NCBI GenBank assembly: GCA_030265395.1
Contig: JARFYF010000053.1
Coordinates: forward strand, 18,947,619 to 19,011,520
DNA length: 63,902 nucleotides
Reading direction: 5' to 3'
DNA from: Rhina ancylostomus
Taxonomy: Eukaryota
In this document: piece by piece, positions 39,239-52,804 of the stretch
Layout of the letters: each line of letters begins with the position of its first letter
Numbering within the stretch: the stretch's first letter is position 1
Made by a program: the position numbers and the translations under genes
Notes under the pieces: generated by a model
Databases searched by the model: none
The model's input: only the letters and a program-made list of their open reading frames with translations
Told to the model about the DNA's origin: nothing

Positions 39239-42200
39239 GGGGGAGTTCTTTAAAAAGTTCAGCTATGACAATATTACTGATTGGTAGACAAAATTTGATG
39301 GGTTTATTTCTCTTACATTTTACATTATCCTCTTCTTATTTTAAGCAATTATCAAAACGAACACATTACAAATAATGCCTGATCTACCTCCTTTAGGATC
39401 AAGTCATAAACTAAAAGGTTCCTAGTGCCATGTAAGAATCCTTTAACTACATTTTAAAAATGATTCTAAGTCTACTCCATTTAGTTTTTCTTCAAGTAGA
39501 AAATTCTGACTGTTTTGCTTTGATTTGTTCTTGTGCTGCACTTCTTCCTCCTTGATTTGAGTCCTAAATCCCTCATTGTCCAGCAATACTAACTTAATTG
39601 ATAAGTTCACAATGCTCCAATCTGTCTTAATAGCACCAGCTATTGTACATAAGTATGTAGCCCAATTGATTCCTTGCCTTATTGCTTGTAGCATGCAATT
39701 GCTTGACTGTAATTTGATTATTATTGGATGCTGCAGTATCTTAGCTGGTAGTATCACCAGAGTTATACTTCAGCAAAACCTTTGTGGAATTGTTACAAGA
39801 TTGTCAGCCTGGGGCATTGTTATGTAAAAAAAATAGTCAAGATCATTTTATTGGATAAGTTGTACTCTCAGTTTTTCCTAAAATAATTGAAAGGAAAGCA
39901 TGAGCATTGAATAATTGTCTGTTTTCTGTACAACTTGTTGAAAATCAACAAAGCAGTAGTCATAAAGGGTGATGTGCAGATAATTGGATGGGGCAGGCCT
40001 TTTTGTTCCTTCCTGCGCATTGAGACAGAACCGATCAATACAAACAACATGTACTCACTGGTCTTTGATGAACTGTACTTCTAAACATTGTCCTTAAAAA
40101 TGACAGAAGATTGACAATGGGTCTATTTGGGTCTGTTTATGTAAATAGATTTGGAAGATGTTGATCAATAACAGACACCAGTAAGCTAAAAACATTATCA
40201 ATCTCAAACTCATTTTCAACCTAGTAGTAATTTGCACAATACACATAAACTCGGTTTATAAAAATATATAAAGCAAGCTTTTGCATGCATTTAATTTCCA
40301 TGTGTATTCAGCAGATTTTGAATCCAAGCTTAGTCTTTGCTGAGCTGACTGACCAAAGTTACAGCAGCAGTTTAACCTTTAAATTTGGTATCAGCATCAC
40401 CCATACTCCCATCTTCCCACTCAAACCACATCACCAACCTTACTACTGAGAAAGCAAAATGGTTCTGGCTGTACAGTCATCCTGACAGAATAGTGCATGT
40501 GGGGCATGAAAGTGAAGATTGGGCTGCCCTCTATCTCTGATGGTGTTGTTTGTGATGCTCTCTACAGTTAAATAACCTGTTGGTGCTCGCACAAGCATGA
40601 TGAATGGGCCTTATGGAAAATACCAAACAAATATTGGCACCAGTGGAATAACAGCTCTTTGGCACTCACATCATACTCATGTTTATACTCCTAAGAAGCA
40701 CCTGCATTGGAAGAGATCCTAGAAAATACCCCTTGTCATTTTGACACAATATTTTCATAAATATATATTTTCTGTTTTCCTACACTGGATGGGTAGAATT
40801 CTGCATCCATGGCCTCCAGGTGATGTTGCTAATCCAGTGTCAAGTAGTGCCAAAGGATGGGTACTTGTATTTGCACATGCACTCGAAACATGATTGGTCT
40901 GCCAATTAATCTCTTCTTGGACCGACAACACCAGCAAGGTGTATCCAAATATCGCATCTGTATTTAAAATAATAGAAAACAAAACAGTTAAATATAAGTA
41001 TTTTTAAGCCCCCACAAAAAAAATTCACATTAATAAGCACAGTTAAAGCAGTTGGGTTAGCAGGGAATCTGACTGTAAAAATCCTCTGCCAAGTCATCAG
41101 GATTCACAGAACTAGATGGTAATGCACAGGACAAAAGCTACTTTTGACAGAATCCAGTGGATTGCAAAACCGATCTTGTTTTAGTGCTACAAGCAAATGA
41201 AGGAAAAGACCTAGAGGCCATCAGGTGCTCGGGGGAACTGAGAAACTTTAACCTTGTGGAGGAGATGCTCTTTTTAATTCAAGTTAAATGCTTGATTTTG
41301 TGCTTTGCTTATTTTGATTGACTTTTGGTGTTCAACAAGGTGAATGCTGTCTAAAATTCCTTGCCAAGGTGCCAGCTACTCTATGATGTCTGATGCAGGT
41401 GATTGTAAGTTTGCATAAACTGAGTGCCAACAGACTGCTTCGCATTTGAATCAGGCCTAATCTTATCTTCGTCCCATACCCATCTTTTCACGTGTTTAAA
41501 GTCGTGAGAGCAATCTGGAGGAATCTTCTTTTCAACTACAATCCAGGGGTATTGAAGTTAGCTGCAGCACTCCCACAGTTGTCCAGTTAAGATCAATGCA
41601 AACCAGATTCAGATATAAATCTTCTGGCCTGATTTGATCAGTATCGTACTCACTGGCAAATTGAAGCAGCTGAAAATGTTACTTTTATAAAGTACATCCA
41701 AAATCTTCCTGTAAAACACATGAGAACAATTCAACAAGAATTTCCAGTTAATGAAAAGATACTTCAGGACAAATCTCTCTATTTGATGGAAATATCTATT
41801 GGCTTTGCCAGCAATGCCCACATCTCTTAAATGAATAGAAACATTTGTTATCAGACTAATGTACCTAGCAGCTTAATAACTGATGGCAAAGACTATTGTT
41901 TATCACAGCCAGGCATGCAGTGGACCTGATTTAACATCATTTCAGAAAGGGTTGGTGCCCTGTGGAGATAAACTGATTTTGATGGCACATCTGTTAAAGC
42001 AATTCTATGATGAGCTCTCTGCTCTATTACAATCAATTAAGATTTTCCCCAAGCCATGCTAAATCTAAGGTAACATTTCAGGCAGAATTTGTACATGAGA
42101 TTCACGTGGCATTTGTTGAAACCTCTTGCTGATACCAACCATTTCTGCATGATAGAATTTAATTTGAACGTAGAAAGTTGCACCAGGGCATCAAAGGAAG

Positions 42201-45200
42201 TTAGAAAATAAGTCAACCACTGGTGTATGAGACAAAATGGACTGGATCTGACCTTAAGGATATTGTTGATCCCTGCAGTGAAACCACCTACATAAGTGCA
42301 TCACCAGCTCATGTACTGCTCCATCTCTTCTCCCTCAATAGAGTAGAATGCTCCTCCTTATTAATTTTCTAGACTTCTCTCCTGATGCCATTGAACTCTT
42401 TACTGAAATAATCATCCTGGATAATTAACAGGTGGGTCAAGGCAAATTCTTGTCTTTTATATGGTTTTCTTGAAATTGTGACATACATATCTAGAAATTC
42501 CAGTAATTTCACTCCAGTATTTTGGAGGTGGAGAACAACACATCGACAATACCATCAAATGTACTTCTCACTACTGACTGGGGATACATTTCCAGCAAGT
42601 ATTTCTTAGATTATATTGTTGGTCAGTGTAATATCAAATTCATATCACTGTGCAATTTTCTCAAAAAGTTCCAGGTTCTGGTCTGATTCCAGGGAATTTA
42701 GAACAAAATTCTTGGCTGATTTGCCAGTATTGCAGAGATGGAGTGGCATCTTTTGGATGAAATGTCAAACCTGGATCTTGCATGAACCCTTAGGTGAATT
42801 TAAAATATCCTATCCTGTTATTTAATAGAAGAGCCAAGGAGTTAACACTAATGTCCTGAACAATACATATTCTTAAGTCAACAATTTTTTTCAAAAATAC
42901 GTCATCCAATCTGCTTCTGACAGCTTGGTATGGGCAGGTTGGCTGCATCGCTCTGAATATTCCAAGAGTAGCTGGACTTCAAAAGTACATCACTGGCTGT
43001 AAAGTACTTTGTTATGTTCCACATAGGTGATTGATCATGTCTGGAAGAAGCAACTGTAACTAATCCGAATGACAGGTCACATCTTTTCATTTATAAATAT
43101 TAGAGATTGCTGAATGTAACCTGCTGTTTTCTGAAAAAAGGTTCTATCAATTTGAATCAATTTATCATGTTCTGTGATTTTTCTTTGCAGTTCCCTTCAA
43201 TATCATGACGTTGTAGCAGCAAAGCATGCGCACTCCACAAACTTTGCCTTTTGCTCTTTGGGCATGGAAATTAAATACATACATTTAAATAGCACCTTTT
43301 GCAAACACAGAGGGTTCCAAAGCATATTACAGCTAATTAAGTACTATAGGGATGTGATAAGGTCCTATGGCCTATGTTGGTATGTAAGTTGAGAGAGAAA
43401 AATTGGCCAGTATATCAAGGGACTCTGACTCTTCATCAGAATAGTATCATGGAATATTGGATATGCATCTGAAAAAGCAGACTGGGTCTGGGTTTAATAT
43501 CTCTTCCTGAAGACAACTCATCTAACTCCATCAGTGCTGCACTGAAGTCTCAGCCAAGGTTATTGTTCTCAGTTTTCTGGAAAGGGGAATTGAATGCACA
43601 ATCCTATTGCTCAGAGGCTACCAACTGCTGACTACAACAAAAGTACAAACTGACTTCCTTCCAAGGGAAGCTCACTCTGCATGGTTCTGAAGTTAAATTA
43701 ATCTGACAGTAAATTCAAGCTTCATTAACTTGAGGCAAAAAGAAAACAACTTGCATCAGTACTCCAGTTACAGTGTGAAAACTGCACAATTTTAGAGTTT
43801 TTGACTGCTTCAGACTTGCTAAAGGACTGAGTGGTCATCTTACGATTTAATTACTCTGTGCTCTCAAAGTAAAGCAAGTGTTCTTTGCCTGCTTGTTGTT
43901 TTACTGTGCACTGGGATGGAAGGGGTGAAATTATGAAGAGCAATTTTCCTAATTATTCTGGCAAAATCTACTGATTATTACAACCCATTTGTTTAATTGT
44001 AAAATGTTAATGCAGTAAAGTGTGAACTAAATTAAACTATAAGCCTGGAACTAGTGGTGAATAAACTCATTCTATAATTAACTTCTTCTGAATAAAACCA
44101 GAAAATAATTAGTGTTCTCTTTTATGGATAAGAAAAATGTTTCACGTCAATGGCACTTGAATGTTTCCAGTGTTGTAACAGAAAGTGCCGTTTTGTGAAC
44201 AGCTTGTTGTACAGTATGTTGTGCAGTATGTTTGACAAGTTTAATAAAGGAATTTCTGCAGGGCAGAAAGATTTTTGTTTGGAACAAATTAACACATCTC
44301 GATAATCATGTCATTTGTGATAGTGGAAATTTAGACGGAAAGGAAGAGTGAGTCAGAGAAATCTCTGAGACCGTCATAGGTAGTAGATGGGCCAGGCAAT
44401 CCACTGGAAGTGAATTAAGTAGATTGAAAGCTTATCAGGGAAAACAGAAGCCAGAGCAACATAAGGGAAGTGAATCAGGGAAGCTAAGAAGTCTTTTATG
44501 GGTAGGATGAGAGGCAAACAAACTTGGGTGATTAGCTGCTTCATGGAAAGAGGATGTGGAATTGCAGAAAGAGGAAGTGTGGGAAGGGTGAACCTTTTGT
44601 GTTTTTCCCACATCAATTCATTCCTCCATTCCTGTTAGAATTGATCCCTTGTAACATATCACAGCTCTTTCCGTCCTTTCTGCTCAACATTTAAATATGA
44701 AACAAGCTTAATTTGTTCCGGTGAAGTTGAAGCATACGTTTAAGATATTTGTTAGCTGAGCTAAGTAAGGCAGAAGAATTGTGTCACTTCCTGAAATGGT
44801 AACTAGCTTCACGTTTTAAATTTTTAGTACTGCTCAGATAAAAAGCTGGTTGGAAACTTTGTGTGCGGAAGAAAGCACAAGTAAATTACTACGAGGAAGA
44901 AGGCGGTACGTAACAATATGACTGAGGGAAATTTTAACATTCACGTCACAAATGTCCCACTCAAGTAGAAGAGTATGAATGAATTTATGTATTTAAGTGC
45001 TACATAATGGAAGTCTAAATGACATTCCATTATGTAACACTTGGCACAGCAAGCAACTGTTTTATTTTTCTGAGAGACGTCTAGAATTTTGAACCATTTT
45101 AAAATTTCTCTGGTAGATTGAAATAGTTAAATAAATAAAAATGATAAAAATATTTGGAAATAAAATATTTAAAACACCTTAAAAACCAGCAAATAATTAA

Positions 45201-45459
45201 AAACATTAAAATAAAGTAAAATAATTCAAGTACTTACCTGCATTTTACTTTTTCCTTGGGTTCAGCAACCCATTTCAAATGAATGAGGTTACCATCTGTG
45301 AGGAAGCACTCCCTGGTGTGTCGCTGAGGGTCGAGCACAAGTCTCTTTAACATGTCACTGTTTCACCAGTGCAGCCAATGGTGACTCTGGTGACAGAGCA
45401 GGGGGTTAGATGCAATGGCATTTGACCTCCAGCCTGTTTCAGACTTCTATACTTCATGA

Positions 45460-45832
45460 CTGGTTGTATCATGGTCTGGTATGGCAATTTGAATGTGCAG
45501 GAATGCAAGAAACTGCAGACGGTAGTAGACTCGTCAAAATTCATCACGGGCACATCCCTAGTAGTATCTACAGGAGGCAATGCCTCATGAGGACAACATC
45601 CATAATCAAAGATCCCCACTATCCAGGCCATGCCATCTTCTCGCAGCTACCATGGGGCAGGAGGTACAGAAGTCTGAAGTCCCACACCACCAGGTTCAAG
45701 AACAGCTGCTTTTTTCTTTTGAATGCTGCTTATATGAAGCTATGTGCCTGTGATGCTGCTGCAAGTCAGTTTTTCGTTGCACCTGTGCACACATATACTT
45801 GTGCATATGACAATAAACTTGACTTTGACTTT
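45460..45832 (+). mobile_element. Rex1/Babar 3' fragment
   Basis: SIYRRQCLMRTTSIIKDPHYPGHAIFSQLPWGRRYRSLKSHTTRFKNS and an aataaacttgactttgacttt tail. Confidence 0.9.
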
Positions 45833-45849
45833 GGCCAAGCATGGTCAGA

Positions 45850-46290
45850 TGTCATAGAATTATACAGGACAGAAACAAGTCCTTTGGCCCAAATCGTACA
45901 TGTCGACCAAGTTGTCTACTTGAGCTATCCCATTTGCCTCATATCCCTTGAAACTATTCCTATTCATGTACTTGTCTAAATATCTTTTAAATATTGTGAT
46001 TATATCTGCCTCTACCACTTACCTGGCAGCTCTTTTCATATACCCACTACCATTTGTGTGGAAAAACTTGCCCCTCAGGTCACTTTTATGACTTTCCCCT
46101 CTCTCCTTAAACCTATGCCCTCTAGTTTTAGAATCCCCTTCCCTAGGAAAAAGACTGTGACCATTCACCTTATCTATGCCCCTCATAATTTAATAAACCT
46201 CCATAAGGTCACCCTTCCACCTCCTATGCTCCAGGGAAAAAAGTCCCATCCTATCCAGTCTTTCCTTATAACTCAAGCTCTCCAGTCCTG
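45850..46290 (-). mobile_element. CR1 3' fragment
   Basis: Reverse strand SYKERLDRMGLFSLEHRRWKGDLMEVY. Confidence 0.88.
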
Positions 46291-49189
46291 ATAACAACGA
46301 AAAGGAGTTGAGCTGAAAAAGGCCCTTAAGTATGATTTGAAAACTTCATTGGACTTTCCCTGTTGGCCAACAGGAGAAGTAATCATTCTGTCTGGTGTCT
46401 TCACAGGTAGAGTCGATGTTGTTTGTTCTGGCAGTATAGCAATCAGTCTTGTGTATTTGTTGTTGGCCAACTGGGAGATGTTGAATGTGTCTCTGGCAGA
46501 AGCCTGGGGAAATCTGGAAGGTAAAAGATGTGATGGCTTTGACAGCTTCTAATAACTCTCAGCTAACCAGATCCAGCAGGGAATTACAATGATGTGGCTG
46601 CAGATGTTTACCACAACCCCACAGGACAGCCTGGACCTTCTGCTGTTCAGGCATGCCATAGAAATTGACCTCCTTTGATCCTCTGTCTGCTGCTTGTCTC
46701 ACCCTTCCCTATTCATCCAGTCTTTGCCGCTCTCCCTGGTGTTCCCTCTCCAACATCCCCTCTCTGCTGTTCACCCTTTGCCACTTTTCCCTTTGGCATT
46801 CTGACCTTCGTCATTCCCCTCTCTAACACTCCTCTCTGCTACCCTCCCTCAAGATGGCACTGGAGCATGGCAATTCATTGCAAGCTGCTCTCTACAGATC
46901 TACTCATTACCCTTACTATAGTTGTTCTACCTGTACCACCTCAATGCACTCTGAACTAACTCAATGCAGCTGTACCGTGTAATGAATTGGCCTGTACGAT
47001 TGGTATGCAAGACAAGTTTTCCACTGTACCTCAGTACAATGGACAATAATAAACCAATAATATTCCCTCCCTCCCAATCTCTCTCCCTCTCTCTTACTTT
47101 GCCCTCTGCCATTTTCCACTCTCCATCATTCCCCCTCTTTGCTCATTCACTCTGTTGCCCCTTCTACAGTGTCCTCTTGCAGCTCCCATCTTTTATGCTC
47201 TTGAACCATACTCCTACCACTCCCCATTCTGTTGCTGCCCTCTATGTAGCTTCCTTTGCTGGTGTGCTCTATACTATTGGCCTGAAACCAGCAAGCAACT
47301 GAGTCTGTTATTGCTAGTCATGTTGCTCTTTACCCGAGGTCCAAAAAAACCAACCAAAGCATTCTGTCCTAATGCGGTAGAACAAATTTCTGCAAATGTA
47401 TTTGTGTACTTTTTCCCACAAACAATATACGAAGTAGCTCTGGGCAGTGAGTGTTTATTGCAGTGATTCCTTACGTTGTCACTGTGGTCTCACCAAGCTC
47501 ACACTGGGAATTTTCAGCGAACTCAGGAGGAGACCTGTTATCTAGATCCCAGATATCAAATTCTAAAAGTCCAGAAACCATCACTGTAATTGACCAATTT
47601 TAAGATGTGGAAATTATCCTGACTCTCCAAGGAGGTTACCCAAATGCAGTCTTACACAGTGGAGTTGAATGCAGGTGTCAGCGGGTTAGAGAAGCTTCCT
47701 GAGTGGTTGCAACTTTCCCCAGTTAATCTCCGACAGGCATCCTTTGCCTGTCTTATATAGCATTTCAGGTTATTTAAATTATCAAATTCCTAAATAAGGC
47801 TGGAAAATCAAAGTAATTCTGCCCCAAATATCTACAGTTCTGTGCTGAAGGTCTAATAGTGTTTAATGTTGTGCAAGGAACCAACTATTTTTTTTGCTAT
47901 ACAGAAATGCAAATTTAAGTGCTTTAACTTTCAAATCTGTGTTGTAGGAATAATGTAACACTGCAAGGGCAACAGACCGCACTTCATCCTTAATTATGTC
48001 ATATGTAATTATCTCTATTCAATTAAAGTGGTAATTAAGACATGTCTCTGCCTGTCATTATGTGGCAGACAACTGGCTTAGCACATTGACTACACAGTCA
48101 ATGTACTGATTTGGTTTAACCATGTTGATCTAATCTGTAAATACTGTAATGTATATGTCTAAATAAGGCAATTTCATCAATCTTATGATGGATTCAATCC
48201 AGCTGAAGCTAAACACCATGGCCACACAGCACCTGATGTACACAACATGGTGGGTGGAGAATGTGCACAATTCTGCTCAGTGCTGCTTAAGGAGGAGGAA
48301 CATATTAGCAACATCCGATGACCAATACAATCAATTTAAGTTAGGATCCTGTGTCATTCCTGATTTTGGAATACCTTGTTTCCTCACTTGCTGAACAATG
48401 AACTTGCATAGCACAGTTTGATGAAACTAGCAAGGAGACACACTGGGTTAATTAGGTAGGAAGAAGAGTGTTCCTCTTGACTGCATATTAAAAGAGCCAA
48501 TTATTCCACTAATTCTGGCCCATTTAGAACAGTCTGGGTGGAGATCACTAATACTTCCCATTCTAAGGCCCAATTGCCCTCCTATTCTGGCCTAAAACAT
48601 TTTTCTCAAACTCTCACTGCCTCTACTAAACAAGCCTAGCTGACTCTGCCCAAAGCCTACTTGATAAAGTTCCTACCCTGAAAACAAACCACTAGTTCGT
48701 ACAAATATTGTGGGCCAAAGGGCCTTGACCTGTGCTGGGCTCCATGTTCTATGTAACCTTTCCCAGCTCCAGGGCTGATTGCCCTCCACTCCTGAACGAA
48801 GGCCAGATATTCACCCTTCTGTGCTCAAGTTCAAATCATACAAAGATTGTGGCCCAATCCCCCACCTGTTTGGCCACCTGTCCTCACTTACCTGGACATA
48901 TACCTGAAGAGCGATGATCTGCAGTACAACAGGCCAAAGGCTGGAAGGTGAGATTAGACTGGGTAGTGGGTTTTCACCCAGCATAGATGGCTTGACACAA
49001 GTGGCCTCCTTCTGTGGCATGTACCACCAATGCATTATCTGCACAGTATAATTGTAATTATCTAGCACTTGTGCAACACAAATGTTCCTTGCCACTTATT
49101 AGTCTGGTGTGAGTGTTGTTTAATCTTACTGCATACAGGCACAAGCTACTTCATTTGCTGAGGGGCTATGAATGGAATTTAACATGGTT

Positions 49190-49480
49190 GGTGTATTAAA
49201 ACCAAGAGGGCATGGGTTTAAAGTAAGAGGAAGGAGTTTTAAAGGGAATCTGAGGAGTAAGTTTTTTAAATATACAGGGCAGTTGATATCTGGAACCTGC
49301 TGCCAAAGCAGGTGGTGAGATCAGATAGAATTACTACATTTGAGAGACATTTAGAGAGGCACTTAAACAGGCAAGGCAGAGGATATGGTCAAAATACAAG
49401 CAAATGGAATTTAAGTAGATGGGCAAAAAGATTGACACACATGTTGGGCTGAATGGCCTGCCCCTGTGCTGTATGTCTCG
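49190..49480 (+). mobile_element. CR1 3' end inserted into an older minus-strand LINE RT fragment (~49055-49190 and 49487-49775)
   Basis: KTKRAWV../WNLLP tail. The host fragment reads REVGMFADD on the reverse strand. Confidence 0.75.
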
Positions 49481-49779
49481 ATTTTCTATAACATTATCCA
49501 ATCATCAGCAAACATCCCCACTTCTCTCCTTATGGTGGATGAAAGGTTGAGCCAAGGACAGTTCCCTGAGGAACTCATTAATAATTCCTGGAGCCACAAT
49601 GATTGGCCTCCAATAACTACACCACCTTCTTTGTGTGAAGCATGACACCAATTACTGAAATGCTTTCTTCTTAATGCTGTCTCCTTCAGATCATCCAAGG
49701 CTCTTTGGTCCAGTGTTGCCTTGGTATCAAGTAGAATGTTCTGTCTGGATGGCACGCAAGCAAACAATTCTCACTCTAT

Positions 49780-50496
49780 AACACAAAAGATGCTGAAATC
49801 TGGAGCAATACACAAAATGTTGGAGGAATTTGGCAGGTCAGGCAGTATCTATGGAGGGAAGTAAATAGTTGGGTTGAGATCCTTCATCAGGACTGGAAAG
49901 GAAGAGGGCAGAAGCCAGAATAAGGTGGTAGGGGAGGGGGAGGGGCACAGGCTGGAAGGTGATAGGTGAATCCAGGTGAGAGGGGGAAGGTAGGTGGGTG
50001 GGAGAGTGGGGATGAAAGTGAGTGATATAAGAAGCAGAGAGGTGATGGGTAGAAGAGGCAAAGGGCTGAAGGAGGAATCCAGTAAGGGGAGGATAATAGA
50101 CCATGGAATAAAGGGAAGGATGTGGGGAATAGATAAGCAGGTCATGAGGGCAGGGAAGGGAAAAAAGAAGGGGCGAAGGGGCCACAGGAATGAGGGAAAA
50201 CATAGGGGTGAAAAGAAAGTAGGGGTTAACAGAAGTTAGAGAAATCGATGTTGAGGCTGTCATGTTGGAGACTACCAAGGCAGAATATGAGGTGTTGTTC
50301 CTCCACCCTTAGCCTGGCCTCAACTTGGCAGCAGAGGAGGCCATGGATAGACATGTCAGTATGGGCCTCACCTGGAAGAACTGTCTAGAGCTCTGAATGG
50401 CTGTGAGGGAGGTGGTGTGGGAATAGGTGTAGTTTTAGTGTGGTTGCAGGGATAAGTGCCGGGACGGTCATCAGTGAGGAGGGACAAGTGGGCAAG
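49780..50496 (-). mobile_element. Penelope-like element 3' portion
   Basis: Reverse strand AKLRPG*GWRNNTSY / HLIFCLGSLQHDSLNIDFSNF, TYPCNHTK, a long purine tract on +, and a hammerhead remnant at ~49860-49895. Confidence 0.88.
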
Positions 50497-50639
50497 NNNN
50501 NNNNNNNNNNNNNNNNNNNNNNNNNNNNNNNNNNNNNNNNNNNNNNNNNNNNNNNNNNNNNNNNNNNNNNNNNNNNNNNNNNNNNNNNNNNNNNNNGCCT
50601 CAGATTGAGCTGAGGGAGGGAGTACCAAAACTCATGGTT

Positions 50640-51960
50640 TTGCCAGCATGAGGCAAAGCCATCGATTAAAAAATTAAAACTGCAGCTTCTCAAGGGAACG
50701 ATGGTTATCTTGGAGGGCTACAAGGTGAGGGGAGGTTACAAAGAAAGGGTGTGAAGGGAGCATTTTGGAATATCCAGTTTACATTAATTACTGTATAGTG
50801 AGGACACCATACAGGGACTGGAAACAAGGACGAGAATTTTGAAGCTGTCAACCAGAAACCAGCAGAGGTTAGCAGGCAAAGGGGCGTGAACTTGCTCACT
50901 GTTAGCACACTGCCAGCAGAGATATGGGCAACCTCAATTTTATAGCAAATAGAATGACAAAGGTTAGAACCATCTTGCATAGGGCAGGATTGAGGTATCA
51001 AGTGCACAGATGATTATTCAGTATTAATTGAACAGAGGCTGTGGAATGTTAGTGATGCTCCAACTATGGGTTTGCAGGGTGAAATATGACACTGAGGTTG
51101 AGAAAAGGCTGGTTCAGCTACAGAGAGTTGTCAGAGAGAAAAGGTGGAGTCAATGTAAAGGGATGGTGGATCTCAAAGATAGTGGTTTCAACTTTCACAA
51201 TGATTAGTTGTAGGAAACTTTCTGTCAATCCAGCACTGGATGTTGAACAATCAGACCAAAAATTCAGAGGCATTGCAGGATCTTGGAGAATCGGTGGCAG
51301 ATGTGAACTTGTGTGTTGGTTAAATACTTGTGGAAACTGACATTCCGTTTTAGGAATTTATGGCTGAGGGGACTACATTTCAGAGAAAAAGGAGAGGAGG
51401 ATACAAGGATGAATTCCCAAGGAACGTCAGAGGTAATGGTGCAGGACTTGGAAGAGGAACTGTTTCTGGAATTTTCTTGTTACAATCAAAGAGTTAGAAT
51501 TAGATGAGCTAGATAACAGTGGTGAGGCACTGGAGAAAGACTGAGTAAAAGGCAGAAGGCAGAGTAAGAAGGATAAGGAGAGACAAGTTATATTAGCCAT
51601 AATCATAAAGTGTGTAGTTCATAACTTTGACAATGCTTTGATCAGGCAGCTGGGGCAGAAATTGACCAGAATGAGGCTAATGGAATTGTATTTAAGGACA
51701 TTTCTTAGAAGGTTGGAAAATTTTAGCTGAGACAATTGTTTGCAAAGACAGAGCACGCATGTTTGACGGGAAGGGCGATGACAGGGATTTCAAAGGTAAG
51801 GGGCCTGTCACTGTTAGCAGTATGAACCAGGAAGGGGTGATGATTGATCAAGTATTTAGTAGAGACAGGTTGGAGGAGCAGGCTATGGGTCTCATGGACA
51901 AGTCAAGCTCAGAGAAGACATGAGTTCACATTAGAGAGGAACCAGAGATACAAGATCAGA
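50640..51960 (-). mobile_element. Highly decayed L2-like LINE
   Basis: Purine-rich plus strand with recurring L2-type segments. No intact ORF. Confidence 0.45.
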
Positions 51961-52795
51961 CTGTCAGGGAGAAGCAGCCATAATCAAAGTATATAGTTTA
52001 AGATCTAGTAGCTATTAATGCAAATGAGAACCTGTCTTCATGAATTATTTCAAAATGTAAACTACAAACAGTGATCAGTTCTGAAATTAAAAGCATTGCT
52101 GCTTGAATAAACATCACTTGGAGAGAAGAGAGCTGGCTACTGGCTTGATATGGTTTGTAAATTGATCTGACCATGAGACATTCTCGTATGCATTGGCCAA
52201 ACGTACAGGCAATAGGGGTATATTATTTGGCCTACATCANNNNNNNNNNNNNNNNNNNNNNNNNNNNNNNNNNNNNNNNNNNNNNNNNNNNNNNNNNNNN
52301 NNNNNNNNNNNNNNNNNNNNNNNNNNNNNNNNNNNNNNNCATCAAACTGGGCATCAGACGTTTTCAGTAAAGTTATTTTGCACCATTGTGACAGAGATTG
52401 AGGAAGGTTTCAGACCAGACTGGTTATTTTACAACTTTGCACATCAAACAGGGTCATGGACATGTTTATTCTGTCAATCAATATTTCAAGTACAATCAAT
52501 TTAGTTAAATCTCCAAATTATGATGAAGAGGTATGGCATTACTTTTTATTTATGTCTTATTGACAATGAATTGGCAGTTGTATCCCACACTGGCTTTTAT
52601 TTCTAATGCATCAAAAAAGGACAAAATGTTATCCTAGAACATCAAAGGCAATCCTGCTGGACCTTGTGTCAGTGTCAGCAATGGATATTGACACTGGCTG
52701 TGGACCCTCTGGATCTGAACTCTCATTGCATTGGTTGGTCTTCTGATAAAGCATGACAGATATAGCTGTGCAAAAGCCAAGTAAATATATCTCAC

Positions 52796-52804
52796 CTTTT
52801 GTAT
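52796..52804 (-). other. Candidate 9-nt microexon ATACAAAAG (IQK in phase 0, or xTK in phase 1)
   Basis: Canonical branch point tctaac ~20 nt upstream, acceptor aatgtttactttccag|, donor AAG|gtgaga. It preserves frame. Confidence 0.4.

Noticed and set aside
47477-47564. Minus-strand exon-like EFDIWDLDNRSPPEF (cadherin-like)
   Set aside because: Only a loose motif resemblance, moderate splice sites and no neighbouring cadherin exons. The same applies to VSAMDIDTG at ~52670 on plus.
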